Positions 1-10,933 are shown, counted from the stretch's first letter. The stretch is DNA of 64,000 bases from Nitrospinales bacterium (GCA_965223345.1 CBDCWG010000012.1:480001-544000), one strand, 5' to 3'. The notes: generated by a model not told the origin, from the letters alone. A program made the numbers and translations.

Positions 1-477
1 CACCAACTCCGCCTCGGAGGCGATCTCCACCAGATGGTCCACGCCATCGGTCCCAAAATACAGGCCCTCGACGCCCAACGCCGCGGCCAGACCGGCGGGT
101 GGGTCGATCGTCACCACCGTCTGGGCGGGAAAATCCAGTTCGATCCAGGTCCCGTTGCGGTTGGCGGTCAGCACCCCGCTTTTGGTGTGAAAGCGCGCCG
201 GCTGATCTTCCGGCAGGCGGCCCGCCTGCCAGAGAACGTGCGCGGAAGCCAGGGTGGCGTGGCCGCAGAGATCCACTTCCGTGACGGGAGTGAACCAACG
301 CAACTGGAACCCGTCCGGTCGCTTCAGCACAAAAGCGGTTTCGGAAAGATTCATCTCCGCCGCGAGGTTCTGCATCCAGGCGTCGTCCGCAGGCGCGTCG
401 AGAAGGCAGACCGCGGCCGGGTTGCCTTGAAACGGCTCGCTGGCAAACGCATCCACCTGAAAAAGAGGGTGTCCCAT
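1..477 (-). CDS. PhzF/YddE-family epimerase-like protein (runs off the window start)
   Basis: Not in the ORF track. My translation from ATG 477 gives MGHPLFQVDAFASEPFQGNPAAVC...AAEMNLSETAFV...RWFTPVTEVDLCGHATLASAH, the PhzF-family signature motifs. Confidence 0.9.
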   Translation of the reverse strand, partial: MGHPLFQVDAFASEPFQGNPAAVCLLDAPADDAWMQNLAAEMNLSETAFVLKRPDGFQLRWFTPVTEVDLCGHATLASAHVLWQAGRLPEDQPARFHTKSGVLTANRNGTWIELDFPAQTVVTIDPPAGLAAALGVEGLYFGTDGVDHLVEIASEAELV

Positions 478-516
478 GTGTTCACTCTGATTTGACCGCG
501 GTCGTTGCCGACATAA

Positions 517-549
517 AAAACCCCTTGGGGTGCTTCCCCAAGGGGTTTT
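517..549 (-). terminator. Rho-independent terminator of glnA
   Basis: AAAACCCCTTGGGG-N5-CCCCAAGGGGTTTT perfect stem, followed by a T-tract on the minus strand, ~40 nt after the glnA stop. Confidence 0.85.
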
Positions 550-585
550 GATTATACCGCGATCGAAGGCCGAACGGGGTTCGGA

Positions 586-1998
586 TCAAACGTCGTAGTA
601 CATGTAAAACTCGAGGGGATGCGGGCGCAGCCTCAGGTTTGCGATGTCGTTGTCGCGTTTGTAGTCGATCCAGCCGTCGATCACATCCTGGGTGAACACA
701 TCTCCTTTCAACAGGAAATCGTGGTCCTGCTCCAGCGCATCCAGGGCCCCTTCGAGGGAATGCGGCAGCGTCGGAATGCCCTGCAGCTCCTCGGGTCCCA
801 ACGCGTAGATGTCCTTGTCCAGCGGCTCGCCGGGGTCGATCTTGTTTTCGATGCCGTCCAGCCCCGCCATCAGCATGGCCGAGAACGCCAGGTAGCCGTT
901 GCAGGAGGGGTCGGGAAAGCGCGCTTCCATGCGTTTGGCTTTCGGGCTCGGCGAATACATGGGAATGCGGCAGGCGGCGCTGCGGTTGCGGCTCGAATAG
1001 GCCAGATTGACCGGCGCTTCGAATCCCGGAACCAGACGCTTGTACGAGTTGGTCGTGGGCGCCGCGAACGCACAGATGGTGGGGGCGTGTTTCAGGATGC
1101 CGCCGATGTAGTGCAGCCCCAGCTCGCTGAAGCCGGCGTAGCCGTTGCCCGCGAACAGCGGTTTGCCGTCTTTCCAGATGCTCTGATGCACGTGCATGCC
1201 GGAACCATTGTCCCCGAACATGGGTTTGGGCATGAAGGTCGCGGTCTTGCCGTGCCGGCGCGCGACGTTCTTGACGATGTATTTGTACCACTTGAGGTTG
1301 TCGGCGCATTCGACGAGCGGTGCGAAACGCATGTCGATCTCGCACTGGCCGCCGGTGGCGACTTCGTGATGGTGGCATTCCATGTGCAGGCCGACCTGCT
1401 CCATGAGGAGCATCATCTCGGTGCGCATGTCCTGCAGCGTGTCGCTGGGAGCCACCGGGAAATAGCCTTCCTTGTGGCGCGGCTTGTGGCTGAGGTTGGG
1501 GCCTTCGTCGCGTCCGGAGTTCCAGTTGCCTTCAACCGAATCGACCGAATAAAACGCCCGGTGGTTGGCGTTTTCGTAGCGCACGTCGTCGAACACGAAA
1601 AATTCCGCTTCCGGACCGAAGTAGGCGGTGTCGCCGATGCCGGTGGATTTGAGATACGCCTCTGCCTTGTGGGCGATGTTTCTCGGGTCGCGGGTGTAGC
1701 GTTCCTTGGTGATGGGATCGACGATGTTGCACAGCAGGCTGACAGTGGGCGCCTGCATGAAAGGATCCATGATCGCCGTTGCGGGATCGGGGATGACGAG
1801 CATGTCGCTGGCGTTGATCGCCTGCCATCCGCGAATGCTGGACCCGTCGAAGCCGAGGCCCTCGTCGAACAGGTGCTCTTCCAGCTCGCTGATGGGAACG
1901 GTAAAATGCTGCCAGGTGCCGATCAGATCCATGAACTTCATGTCCACCATCTGGGCGTTGTTTTTCTTGGCTAAAGCTATGACATCTTTGGGGGCCAT
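586..1998 (-). CDS. glnA: Glutamine synthetase type I (GSI-beta)
   Basis: 470 aa with [49 protein letters not shown], and the adenylylation-site Tyr in DKDIY. Confidence 0.98.
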   Translation of the reverse strand: MAPKDVIALAKKNNAQMVDMKFMDLIGTWQHFTVPISELEEHLFDEGLGFDGSSIRGWQAINASDMLVIPDPATAIMDPFMQAPTVSLLCNIVDPITKERYTRDPRNIAHKAEAYLKSTGIGDTAYFGPEAEFFVFDDVRYENANHRAFYSVDSVEGNWNSGRDEGPNLSHKPRHKEGYFPVAPSDTLQDMRTEMMLLMEQVGLHMECHHHEVATGGQCEIDMRFAPLVECADNLKWYKYIVKNVARRHGKTATFMPKPMFGDNGSGMHVHQSIWKDGKPLFAGNGYAGFSELGLHYIGGILKHAPTICAFAAPTTNSYKRLVPGFEAPVNLAYSSRNRSAACRIPMYSPSPKAKRMEARFPDPSCNGYLAFSAMLMAGLDGIENKIDPGEPLDKDIYALGPEELQGIPTLPHSLEGALDALEQDHDFLLKGDVFTQDVIDGWIDYKRDNDIANLRLRPHPLEFYMYYDV

Positions 1999-2147
1999 CG
2001 AACACTCCTTTTATTATGATTTACAGATTCCAATAGAACATGCCTGACGGGGAACACGAAAAACCCCCGCCGGTGTGGACGGAGGAGACCCCGGAAAATA
2101 GAAACGGGTGATGCCTCATCGAAGTTGCGCGCGGGTTTGCTTTTTCG

Positions 2148-2501
<354 letters not shown>

Positions 2502-2701
2502 CTAGATAAACTCGATGATTCGAATTTCGATCAGGGTGCTCCTCCCCCAATTCATTGAAACCGCATCGAATAAGCGGAAGTCGGATATCCGCTTCCAGAT
2601 TGAACCGTCGTTCCCCGGCTGAACGCAAACGCACACGCCACCGCCCTGCGGCGGAATCAAACCGAACAGGCATTCGGACCGTTCCCTTGCTTGGCATTCA
2701 A

Positions 2702-2719
2702 TTTCAATTTCTGTGCCAA
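2702..2719 (-). promoter_or_regulatory. Sigma54-like -24/-12 promoter of glnB-glnA
   Basis: Minus strand reads TTGGCAC-AGAAA-TTGAAA against the consensus TGGCAC-N5-TTGCW (one mismatch at -12), ~215 nt upstream of glnB. Confidence 0.6.
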
Positions 2720-2879
2720 TGCAGGGCTTCCCGCCCACGGGCAAACAACTTGTAAATAATTATTTTTTAAGGGGTTCTAAAATCGAAGGAACTATAGCAC
2801 ATCGAAGGTATTTTTTCAATTTAGAAGAAATGCCGCTTTTTTCAGCACAGGACCGATAAACTGTAAACTTTTTAGGCTT

Positions 2880-3527
2880 TTATTGGGGTGCGTCCGCGGC
2901 GTCGGTGAGGGCGTTGAGGGTGTTCTCCAGCTGCCGCCGTTTTTCCTCGAGCGTGTTTTTGTCCGGCCGCGTGGCGAGCACAATGGGGGGTCCGAAATGC
3001 AGGGTGCAGCGGGTGAACGGAAGCGGGATCAAGAACCGGTCCCAGCTTCTAAGGTGCCGCCGGCTGCGGGCGCCGTAAGTCATTGGGATCAAGGGGGCGG
3101 CGGTGATGCCGGCGATCTCCAGCGAACCGGGTTGGGCGATGCGGGCCGGCCCGCGCGATCCGTCGGCGATGACGATGATCCTCTGGTCCTGCTTGAGCAC
3201 TTTGATGAGCTTGCGGGCGGAGGCCACGGCCTGTTTGTAGGTGGAACCGCGGATCACCGAATAGCCCATGAGCCGGGCGAGGCGGGCGAGAAAATCGCCG
3301 TCCTGGCTCGGGCTGATCAACAGGTGCAGGTCGGGCCGGTTGCGGAAATAAAAAAACAGGTAAAAAATCCGGCCGTGCCAGAGGGACAGGATGTAGCGGC
3401 CGGGCAGATACTTGAAGTAGTTTTCCTCCTGCGGGTTTTTGTTTTTCACCCGCAGAGTGCGGCACCAGATGTGCGCGATGGCCCACGCGAGATAAGGGAA
3501 AACGTGGTTGTAGAGAAAGCGTTTCAT
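2880..3527 (-). CDS. DUF374 / lysophospholipid acyltransferase family protein (LpxJ-like)
   Basis: LWHGR, SPSQDG, IRGST and IADGSRGP motifs; overlaps the lpxB stop. Confidence 0.8.
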   Translation of the reverse strand: MKRFLYNHVFPYLAWAIAHIWCRTLRVKNKNPQEENYFKYLPGRYILSLWHGRIFYLFFYFRNRPDLHLLISPSQDGDFLARLARLMGYSVIRGSTYKQAVASARKLIKVLKQDQRIIVIADGSRGPARIAQPGSLEIAGITAAPLIPMTYGARSRRHLRSWDRFLIPLPFTRCTLHFGPPIVLATRPDKNTLEEKRRQLENTLNALTDAADAPQ

Positions 3528-4684
3528 ACGTCGGCGGAATTTTCGGGCAACGCCTGGGCGATGTTTGCGGCGATGCGTTTGAGAACCCCCGGCTCGCCCA
3601 GGGATTCCCGCACCTGCCTGAGCCGCGCGCGCAGCGCTTCCCGGCCTTTGGCATCGTTCAACACCACGGACGCATGGCGCGCGACGTTTTCGGCGGTCAC
3701 CTCCCCCTGCAGCAGTTCGGGCACCACGCGCTCGCCCGCAACGATGTTGATGAGGCCGAAATTTTCCGCCTTGACCAGCAGCTTGGCCAGCACGTAGGTG
3801 ATTAGGTTGAGCCGGTAGAGGATGACCATCGGGCAGCCCAGCATGCCCGCCTCCAGCGTCGCCGAGCCGGAGGCGATGACGGCGAAGTCGGCACAGTTCA
3901 GAACGTCGTAGGCCTTTCCCGACACGATGCGGATTTCCGGGACGGCGTGTTCGGTCATCCTGCGGATGCTGTCCGGGTCGATGGAATCGGCGACGGGCAG
4001 CACGAACTGGCAGCCCGGGTTGTCGCGGTGCAGGATCGCGGCCGCTTCGACCATGACGGCGAGCAGGGATTCGATCTCGTTCTTGCGGCTGCCCGGCAAC
4101 AGCGCCACGATCTTTTGCGCGGGGTCGAGTCCGAAATGCTTGAGGGCGGCGTCGCGCGGCATCGTGGGCTTCACCAGATCGACGAAGGGGTGCCCGTGAA
4201 ACACGGCGTCCACCCCCGCATCGCGGTAGAGTTTTTCTTCAAAGGGCAGGATGACGTGCATGCGGGTGACGTCGCGGCGGATGTCCTTCATGCGCCCTTT
4301 GCGCCAGGCCCAGATCTGCGGGCCGATGAAATAATGCACCGGGCAGCCGGCGCGCTTCAAGTGCCGCGCCAGGCGCATGTTGAGGGTGGGGTAGTCGATG
4401 AGAATGGCGGCGTCGAAGGTTTTCCGCCGGATTTTCCGCGTGAGGGTGCGGTACACGTCCCAGTAATGCGGCAGTTCGCCGAGGACTTCGGTGACGCCGA
4501 CGGTTCCGGTCTTTTCGATGTCGAAGAACGTCTCGACGCCGGCCGCGCGCATGCGCTCACCGCCCATGCCGTAAAACCGCGATCCGGGACGGATCGCGGT
4601 GAGGGCTTCGGTCAGGCTCGCCCCGTGCAAATCGCCGGAGGCTTCCCCCGCGACGATGAGTATGCGAAGCGGTGCGTGCGTCAT
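3524..4684 (-). CDS. lpxB: Lipid A disaccharide synthase
   Basis: AGEASGDLHGA, IDYPTLN, PQIWAWR, ILPFE, LLPGSRKNE and ASGSATLE motifs. Confidence 0.96.
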   Translation of the reverse strand: MTHAPLRILIVAGEASGDLHGASLTEALTAIRPGSRFYGMGGERMRAAGVETFFDIEKTGTVGVTEVLGELPHYWDVYRTLTRKIRRKTFDAAILIDYPTLNMRLARHLKRAGCPVHYFIGPQIWAWRKGRMKDIRRDVTRMHVILPFEEKLYRDAGVDAVFHGHPFVDLVKPTMPRDAALKHFGLDPAQKIVALLPGSRKNEIESLLAVMVEAAAILHRDNPGCQFVLPVADSIDPDSIRRMTEHAVPEIRIVSGKAYDVLNCADFAVIASGSATLEAGMLGCPMVILYRLNLITYVLAKLLVKAENFGLINIVAGERVVPELLQGEVTAENVARHASVVLNDAKGREALRARLRQVRESLGEPGVLKRIAANIAQALPENSADV

Positions 4685-4720
4685 GTTCGATCCCCACTGG
4701 TTGCCGAAACGAATTTCACA

Positions 4721-5527
4721 TCAAACGCACACGATGGCAAGACCCGCCGCATCCGCCATCTCCACGACCTTAGGCTGATCGACCACCATCACGCGTTCCG
4801 CTTCCAGGCCCACGGCGCGGGCCCCGCCCTGGATGAGGGTTTCGACGGTCTTGGGTCCGATGCCGGGGCTGTCGTAGCGGTAATCCTGATCGGTGCGGCT
4901 CACTTTGACCGCGACGCATTTTCCTTTCGCCAGAGCGCAGCCGCGTTCGATGGCTCTGTCGGTGCCCTCGATGGCTTCGGCGGCGATGACGGTCTTGTTT
5001 TTGACGACGATGGTCTGGCCGATTTCCAGATCGGCCAGCTGCTTGGCGCGCGGCAGGCCGAACTCGATGTCCTCCCGTTCTTCCCGGGTCGGCGGACGCC
5101 GGGTGAGGACGCCCGCGACAGGGTAGATTTCCCGCAGAAACTCTCTTTGATCGAGCACCTTGAACCCTTCCTTTTCCACTTCCTCGATCATGCCCACCAT
5201 GAGGGTCTTGTCCTCCAGGCTCTTGGCGTTTTTCAAGAACTTGAGCGTGCGCAGATCCAGCCACTGCGGGCGGAAAATCACGCTTTTGTCCACTTTCCCC
5301 AGGATCAGGATGTCGCGGATGTTCTCGTCTTTGAGCGTCTGCATGATTTTCGTGGCGCGGCCGACACCCAGGGCGTAGGCCGTTTCCGCATACGGCTTGA
5401 GGCTTGTGCGGATCGCATCGGTGAAACCGATGGAGACAAGTTGGATGCCGTGTTGAGCGGCTTTGCGGGCAAAGTAGAGGGGGATGTCGCCGGCTCCGGC
5501 GATGAGCCCGATGCGGCGGGTTTTCAC
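4721..5527 (-). CDS. lpxI: UDP-2,3-diacylglucosamine pyrophosphatase LpxI
   Basis: GLIAGAGDIP, EIGQTIVV, AEAIEGTD and QDYRYDSPGIG motifs; lies in the lpx operon; GTG start. Confidence 0.92.
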   Translation of the reverse strand: MKTRRIGLIAGAGDIPLYFARKAAQHGIQLVSIGFTDAIRTSLKPYAETAYALGVGRATKIMQTLKDENIRDILILGKVDKSVIFRPQWLDLRTLKFLKNAKSLEDKTLMVGMIEEVEKEGFKVLDQREFLREIYPVAGVLTRRPPTREEREDIEFGLPRAKQLADLEIGQTIVVKNKTVIAAEAIEGTDRAIERGCALAKGKCVAVKVSRTDQDYRYDSPGIGPKTVETLIQGGARAVGLEAERVMVVDQPKVVEMADAAGLAIVCV

Positions 5528-5651
5528 GGGGTGCCTGCCTTCCGGTTGTTGGGGCGAGTCATCGCTGTTCGGTTTCAGTCAGGGACTTCTCTTTGTGCGA
5601 GTCATCGATTCGGGTTTCAGACTGCCGTGACGGCTTGCTTTGACGCGCGGT

Positions 5652-6620
5652 TCATTGCGCATTTTTACTGCCGTTGAACTGGGCGAGTATGTCCAGGGCG
5701 ATCTCCAGGGAATACAGCTCGTCGTCCACCGCGACCTTGCGCGGGCTGCCGTTTTTCACGCAGTCGATGAAGTGCTGCAATTCCAGTTTGAGCGGGTTTT
5801 CCTTGTGCACGAAAATGCGCTCGACCAGCGATTCCTGTTTGTAGCGCAGCGCGCCTTTGTGCAACTGATGCTCGGAGGAAGACTGCCGGTGCACGTAGAT
5901 CTCCTGATCGGTGTAGTCGAGCAGAACGTAGGAATCCTTTTGTGTGACTGAAAGCGTCCGCACTTTGTTCTGCGAGGCGCGGCTGGCGAGGATGTTGGCG
6001 ATGCATTTGTTTTCGAATTCCAGCTGCGCATTGACCAGATCGTCTTTACCGGAAAACACGGAGGTCCCCAGCACGTGCGAGCGGGTGACTTTGGATTTGA
6101 TGAGGTTTAAGATGATGTCGATGTCGTGGATCATCACGTCCAGCACCACGCCGTCGTCGCGGATGCGGTCGCTGAAGGAGCTCATGCGCTTGCACTCGAC
6201 GAACAGCGGTTCGGTGACGATTTTGTGCAACTCCTGCACGGCTCCGTTGAACCGTTCGATGTGACCGATGTGCAGGGTCAGATCCTTGTCGCCGGCGAGG
6301 GCGAACAGCTCCCGCGCCTGGGCGAGGTCGTTGGTGCAGGGTTTTTCCAGCAGAACGTGAACGCCCGCGTTCAAAAGATCCTTCGCCACGCTGTAGTGCA
6401 GGGACGTCGGAACGGCGACGACGGCCAGATCGAGGTCGTTCAGGATTTCGTTGTAATCGGTGTGATGGGCGCAACCGTATTTTTCGGCGATGCTTTTCGC
6501 GCGCTCGGCGTCCACATCGACGACACTCGAAAGCGTGACTTCAGAAATCTGGGACAACACGCCGACATGGTATTCCCCCATCTTGCCCACACCGATGACG
6601 CCTGCTCTCAACCCTCCCAT
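5652..6620 (-). CDS. Gfo/Idh/MocA oxidoreductase, probable GnnA-like UDP-GlcNAc 3-dehydrogenase
   Basis: GVIGVGKMG, LLEKP, GHIERFN and DVMIHDID motifs; translationally coupled to lpxA and located between lpxA and lpxB. Confidence 0.75.
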   Translation of the reverse strand: MGGLRAGVIGVGKMGEYHVGVLSQISEVTLSSVVDVDAERAKSIAEKYGCAHHTDYNEILNDLDLAVVAVPTSLHYSVAKDLLNAGVHVLLEKPCTNDLAQARELFALAGDKDLTLHIGHIERFNGAVQELHKIVTEPLFVECKRMSSFSDRIRDDGVVLDVMIHDIDIILNLIKSKVTRSHVLGTSVFSGKDDLVNAQLEFENKCIANILASRASQNKVRTLSVTQKDSYVLLDYTDQEIYVHRQSSSEHQLHKGALRYKQESLVERIFVHKENPLKLELQHFIDCVKNGSPRKVAVDDELYSLEIALDILAQFNGSKNAQ

Positions 6621-7390
6621 TATTTCGTGATTCCCCGTGATGAAGTTTTTATAAAGTCGATAAGATAGCGAATTTCATCCGACATTTCAATTTCGTCCTG
6701 GATTTTCCCGATCGCCTGGGTGGTGTTGAGCTCGGGCGTCAAAATCAACTTCAGCGCTTTCTTCAGCCCGGCGCGCACGGCGGGCTTGAAATCGCTGCGC
6801 TTGAGCCCCACGGCGTTGGTGCTGACCAGCCGCGCGGGAGCTCCTTCCACCAGCGAAAAGGGCAGGATGTCTTTGCTCACGGCGGACGCGCCGCCCACCA
6901 TGGCGTGTTTTCCGATGCGTACGAATTGATGCACGCCGACCTGACCGGAGACAAACGCTTTCTCTTCGACGACGACGTGGCCCGAAAGCCCCGTGTAATT
7001 GACGACGATCACCCGGTCGCCGAGTGCGCAATCGTGGGCGATGTGCACGTAGTTCATCAACATGCAATCGCTTCCGATCGTGGTTTTGCCGTTTTCCGTG
7101 GCGCTCCGATGGATGGTGGCGTATTCCCGTACCGTGGTGCCGTCGCCGATCTGCACCGAGGAAGGAGCGTCCTTGTAACCGAGAATCTGTGGCTCGCCGC
7201 CGATGGCGGCGCCTTGAAAAATCCGGCAGTCCCTGCCGATTTGCGTGCGCGCCTCGATGTGAACATGCGGACCGATCCAGGTGCGATCGCCGATTTTCGC
7301 ATCGGGGCCGATGACGGTGTAGGGCCCCACGGCGACTTCGTTTCCCAACTGGGCACGCGGATGGATGTCTGCGCTTTTATGTATGGTCAC
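6620..7390 (-). CDS. lpxA: Acyl-ACP--UDP-N-acetylglucosamine acyltransferase
   Basis: Hexapeptide repeats, REYATIHR, HIAHDC, VHQFVRIG and C-terminal SSRGI. Confidence 0.96.
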   Translation of the reverse strand: MTIHKSADIHPRAQLGNEVAVGPYTVIGPDAKIGDRTWIGPHVHIEARTQIGRDCRIFQGAAIGGEPQILGYKDAPSSVQIGDGTTVREYATIHRSATENGKTTIGSDCMLMNYVHIAHDCALGDRVIVVNYTGLSGHVVVEEKAFVSGQVGVHQFVRIGKHAMVGGASAVSKDILPFSLVEGAPARLVSTNAVGLKRSDFKPAVRAGLKKALKLILTPELNTTQAIGKIQDEIEMSDEIRYLIDFIKTSSRGITK

Positions 7391-7456
7391 ATTCCGGAAC
7401 CGAGAAGAGACGCCACTGCATTCAGGAAGGATTTCGGTCGGATGGAGAAATCATGG

Positions 7457-7903
7457 TTACCCGGAGCCGGTCTCGGTTTTGCCCAGCATGGCCTGCAGGG
7501 TGCCTTCCGCCACCAGCGCATCGCCGACAAACGCGTTGCCCTGAAAGCGGAACAGGGTTCCGCGCTGCTTGATCTTTGTCAATTCCAGCCGCAGGCAGTC
7601 GCCGGGAATCACCGGCTTGCGGAACTTGGCCCCGTCGATGCCGGTGAAAAACACCGAACCGTGCCCCTCCATTTTGAGAATCTTCAGCGCCAGGATGCAG
7701 CCCACCTGGGCCATGGACTCGATGATCAGCACCCCGGGCATCACCGGAAACTCGGGGAAATGGCCCTGGAAAAACGGCTCGTTGACGGTCACGTTCTTGA
7801 TCCCGACGATGCGGGATTCCAGGTCGCACTCGATCACTCGATCGACCAGCAGGAACGGATAGCGGTGCGGGATGATTCGCTTGATTTCTTCAATTTCGAT
7901 CAT
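7457..7903 (-). CDS. fabZ: 3-hydroxyacyl-ACP dehydratase
   Basis: IPHRYPFLLVDRV, NEPFFQGHFP and MPGVLIIESMAQ motifs; start placed at ATG 7903. Confidence 0.96.
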   Translation of the reverse strand: MIEIEEIKRIIPHRYPFLLVDRVIECDLESRIVGIKNVTVNEPFFQGHFPEFPVMPGVLIIESMAQVGCILALKILKMEGHGSVFFTGIDGAKFRKPVIPGDCLRLELTKIKQRGTLFRFQGNAFVGDALVAEGTLQAMLGKTETGSG

Positions 7904-8005
7904 GATCGGGCACAATTCGATTCAACGGGAAAAAATATCGGGAACGGGTGGATCCATCCAGTGCGAACGGGAGCGGCCGGGGTCATCGCTGTTGCGGGTG
8001 TGCGT

Positions 8006-8566
8006 CTACTTGTAGGTGCGGTCATAGGTTTTGATGGCGAGTTCCGTCAGGTCGTTGCCTTCGTTGTGATACAGGACGGCCTTTTTCTCCAGAATCATGG
8101 TGTACTTTTTATCCTTGCCGATCTTTTTGATCACTTCCACCATCTGGATCAGAAGCTGCTGGGTCATTTCCTTTTCTTTTTTTGCAAACGCGGCGTTCTG
8201 GTCTTCCACATAGCGCTCGAAGGCGACTTTCTGCTTGCGAAAATCATCCTCTTTTTTCTTTTTGAGTTTGGGGTCGAGCACAAAGCTCTGCTTGTTGAGA
8301 TCCTCAAGCATCTTTTTGATCCTCACTTCTTTCTTCGCGATCACGTCTTTTTCTTTTTTGAAGCTGTTTTTGAAAGAAGCGAATCCCCGTTTCCAGCCCT
8401 TGGTGCTGGATATGGCTTTTTGAAGATCGATGAACCCGATGCGCGCGTCCGCCGCGAATGCGGATTGCGAGTTCAGCACGAGGAGCAAGGCGGCAAACAA
8501 AAAGACCCGGCACGCTCTCATCATTGGTGGATGAACACTATACGGATTGTACATATTCCCTCTCAA
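8006..8566 (-). CDS. skp: OmpH/Skp periplasmic chaperone
   Basis: Signal peptide, RIGFIDLQKAI, Lys-rich coiled coil and C-terminal DLT; sits between bamA and fabZ. Exact start uncertain. Confidence 0.85.
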   Translation of the reverse strand: MRGNMYNPYSVHPPMMRACRVFLFAALLLVLNSQSAFAADARIGFIDLQKAISSTKGWKRGFASFKNSFKKEKDVIAKKEVRIKKMLEDLNKQSFVLDPKLKKKKEDDFRKQKVAFERYVEDQNAAFAKKEKEMTQQLLIQMVEVIKKIGKDKKYTMILEKKAVLYHNEGNDLTELAIKTYDRTYK

Positions 8567-8591
8567 AGCTTAAGACTGAACATTCAAATGA

Positions 8592-10868
8592 TTAAAAGGA
8601 ACTTCCGGCAGTGAAGTGAAATTCTCCGATATCTTCTCCCGTTTCCCGATCGAGCTTGATCCCGTAGGCAAAGCCCACCGGCCCGAATGGACTGAGGAAA
8701 CGAATCCCCGCACCGACACTGTGGCGCATGTCGCCGAGGTTGATGGTTTCGGCGGTGGTGCTGATATCGGTTCCGGTGCCGTAGACATTGCCGCGATCGT
8801 AAAAAACGAAACCCCGGAAAGATTTCGAAAACGGATACTGCAATTCCGCGTTGAACAGGAGAGACTGGGTACCCCCGAGCGGATCGCCGGTTCCGTTTTT
8901 GGGACCGACATCGCGGATGCTGAAACCTCTCAGGCTTTTCGCGCCCCCCATGAAATACCGTTCGAAGATGGGAAGCTCTTCTCCGTTGTAGCCGTCGGCC
9001 CAGTTGATTTCACTGTGCAGCGCACCCACCAGCTTGCCGATGATCGGGAAGTAATAGGTGACTTCATAGCCACTGCGGAGAAAGTCCGCCCCGCCTAGAA
9101 TTCCGCCTGCAACCTCGAATCGTACCACATGCCTCCAGCCGGTGGAAGGGTTTAAAAAATCGTCGCGGGTGTCGCGGATGTAGCTGGGAGCGATGCGGCT
9201 GGTGGTCCGGGTTTCGTTTTTCAGGAATTCGGTCTCCTCCCCGGGCTCGACATCCCGGACCCGGACCTGTTCCGCCCGGTAGTTCAGCCCCACCCAGTCG
9301 TATTCCGTCAAAGACTTACCGACACGGATGCCGCCGCCACGGTTTCTTGAGGTGAAGCTGAAAAAGTCCGACTCGCGGTTGAACGCGTCCACGCCGAACA
9401 GGATTTCGGTATCGAAAATGCGCGGTTCGGTGAACGAAAGGTTGAAGTCGGTGCGGATCGCCGACAGGCTTGCGGAAAAGACCAGGCGCTGGCCCCGCCC
9501 AAACAGGTTGTCCTGGGAAACGGAGCCGGTGAACACCACTTTTTCCACGGAGCTGAACCCGGCGCCCACGGTGATGGAGCCTGTGGGGCGCTCGGTCACG
9601 GTGGTGACGACGTCGATGAGGTCGGGGTTCTGGCCGCGCCGGGTGTCGATCTTGACGTCTTCGAAAAACTTGAGATTGTTGATGCGCTGCTTGCTGCGCT
9701 TGAGCTTGGTGCTGTCGAACAATTCCCCTTCGCGCAATCTGAACTCGCGCCGGATCACGTTGTCACGGGTGCGGACGTTGCCGAGGATGGAGATTTCACC
9801 GACGTAGACTTTTTTGCCTTTTTGAATCTCGATGTCCAGATCGACCGTCCGTTTCTCGTCGTCGATCTTGGTGACGGGATTGACGTCCGCGTACGCGAAT
9901 CCCCGTGTGGAATACAGATCCGAGACGCCCAGCACATCCTCGCGCAGCTTGGAGACGTTGTACCATTCGCCTTTTTGGGTTTTGACGGCTCCGTACAGCT
10001 CTTCCTCGGTGAAGGTGCCGTCTCCCTGAATCTTCAAACCGGAAATCTTATAACGGGGCCCCTCGACCACGGGAATGGTGATGTAGATTTCCTTTTTCTC
10101 TTTGTTGACGTCGATCTTGGGTTCCTGCACGTTCACCCGCACAAATCCCTTGTCCTGATAAAACGCTTCGATGCGGAACAGGTCCAGCTTCAGCACGTCT
10201 TTTTTATAAATGCCCGAGTCGTCCAGCCAGGAGTACCAGGTCTTTTCCTTGGTCTCCATCTGCTTTCTCAGGACCTTGTCCTTGACGGCGCGGTTTCCCG
10301 AAAAACGGATCGTCTCCACACTCACCTTCTCCCCTTCGGTGATGTTGATGGTGACGTCCACCAGATTGTTTTCCGTCATTTCGGTTTTGATCGCCGCATC
10401 GGCGAAGAAATACCCCTTCTCCTGATAAAACTTTTTGATCTCATCGACGCTTTCCTTCACTAGGTGATTCTGGAACGTGGTGCCGCGCTTCAGGCTGATC
10501 TTCTCGCGGATGTCGTCGGACTCCATCTTCTCGTTGCCGACGAGTTCCACGTCGCCGATCGAGGGGATCTCCTCCACCTTGAAAATGACAGCGAGGCCGC
10601 CGGCCACTTCCTCGGTTTCGACCTGGATGTCCTTGAACTGATCGAGGCTGTAGATTTGTTCGATGTCTTTGCGGATCTTAATGCGGGAGAGGGGTTCGCC
10701 GACTTCGGTCTTGATGTAGTAGAGGATGGTGGAATCGTCTACGCGTTTGTTACCACGGACTTCGATGGATTGAACGATTTGCCCTTCCTGCGCCGTGGCA
10801 GGTGCGGCGCCCAGAAGCGAAACGCAGCCAATACAAAAAATGAGAACGAGCCGGGAGAGTTTCCTCAT
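8592..10868 (-). CDS. bamA: Outer membrane protein assembly factor BamA
   Basis: POTRA repeats, NLFGRGQ, LRGF, SPFGP and terminal Phe. Confidence 0.96.
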   Translation of the reverse strand: MRKLSRLVLIFCIGCVSLLGAAPATAQEGQIVQSIEVRGNKRVDDSTILYYIKTEVGEPLSRIKIRKDIEQIYSLDQFKDIQVETEEVAGGLAVIFKVEEIPSIGDVELVGNEKMESDDIREKISLKRGTTFQNHLVKESVDEIKKFYQEKGYFFADAAIKTEMTENNLVDVTINITEGEKVSVETIRFSGNRAVKDKVLRKQMETKEKTWYSWLDDSGIYKKDVLKLDLFRIEAFYQDKGFVRVNVQEPKIDVNKEKKEIYITIPVVEGPRYKISGLKIQGDGTFTEEELYGAVKTQKGEWYNVSKLREDVLGVSDLYSTRGFAYADVNPVTKIDDEKRTVDLDIEIQKGKKVYVGEISILGNVRTRDNVIRREFRLREGELFDSTKLKRSKQRINNLKFFEDVKIDTRRGQNPDLIDVVTTVTERPTGSITVGAGFSSVEKVVFTGSVSQDNLFGRGQRLVFSASLSAIRTDFNLSFTEPRIFDTEILFGVDAFNRESDFFSFTSRNRGGGIRVGKSLTEYDWVGLNYRAEQVRVRDVEPGEETEFLKNETRTTSRIAPSYIRDTRDDFLNPSTGWRHVVRFEVAGGILGGADFLRSGYEVTYYFPIIGKLVGALHSEINWADGYNGEELPIFERYFMGGAKSLRGFSIRDVGPKNGTGDPLGGTQSLLFNAELQYPFSKSFRGFVFYDRGNVYGTGTDISTTAETINLGDMRHSVGAGIRFLSPFGPVGFAYGIKLDRETGEDIGEFHFTAGSSF

Positions 10869-10933
10869 TCCACCATATATAAATTAGATCCCCGGCGGTG
10901 CGGGGATTGTGGGAATTCATGGTTTGAGGCCAA

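Noticed and set aside
34..495. 153-aa plus-strand ORF
   Set aside because: It is the antisense shadow of the PhzF-family gene on the minus strand.
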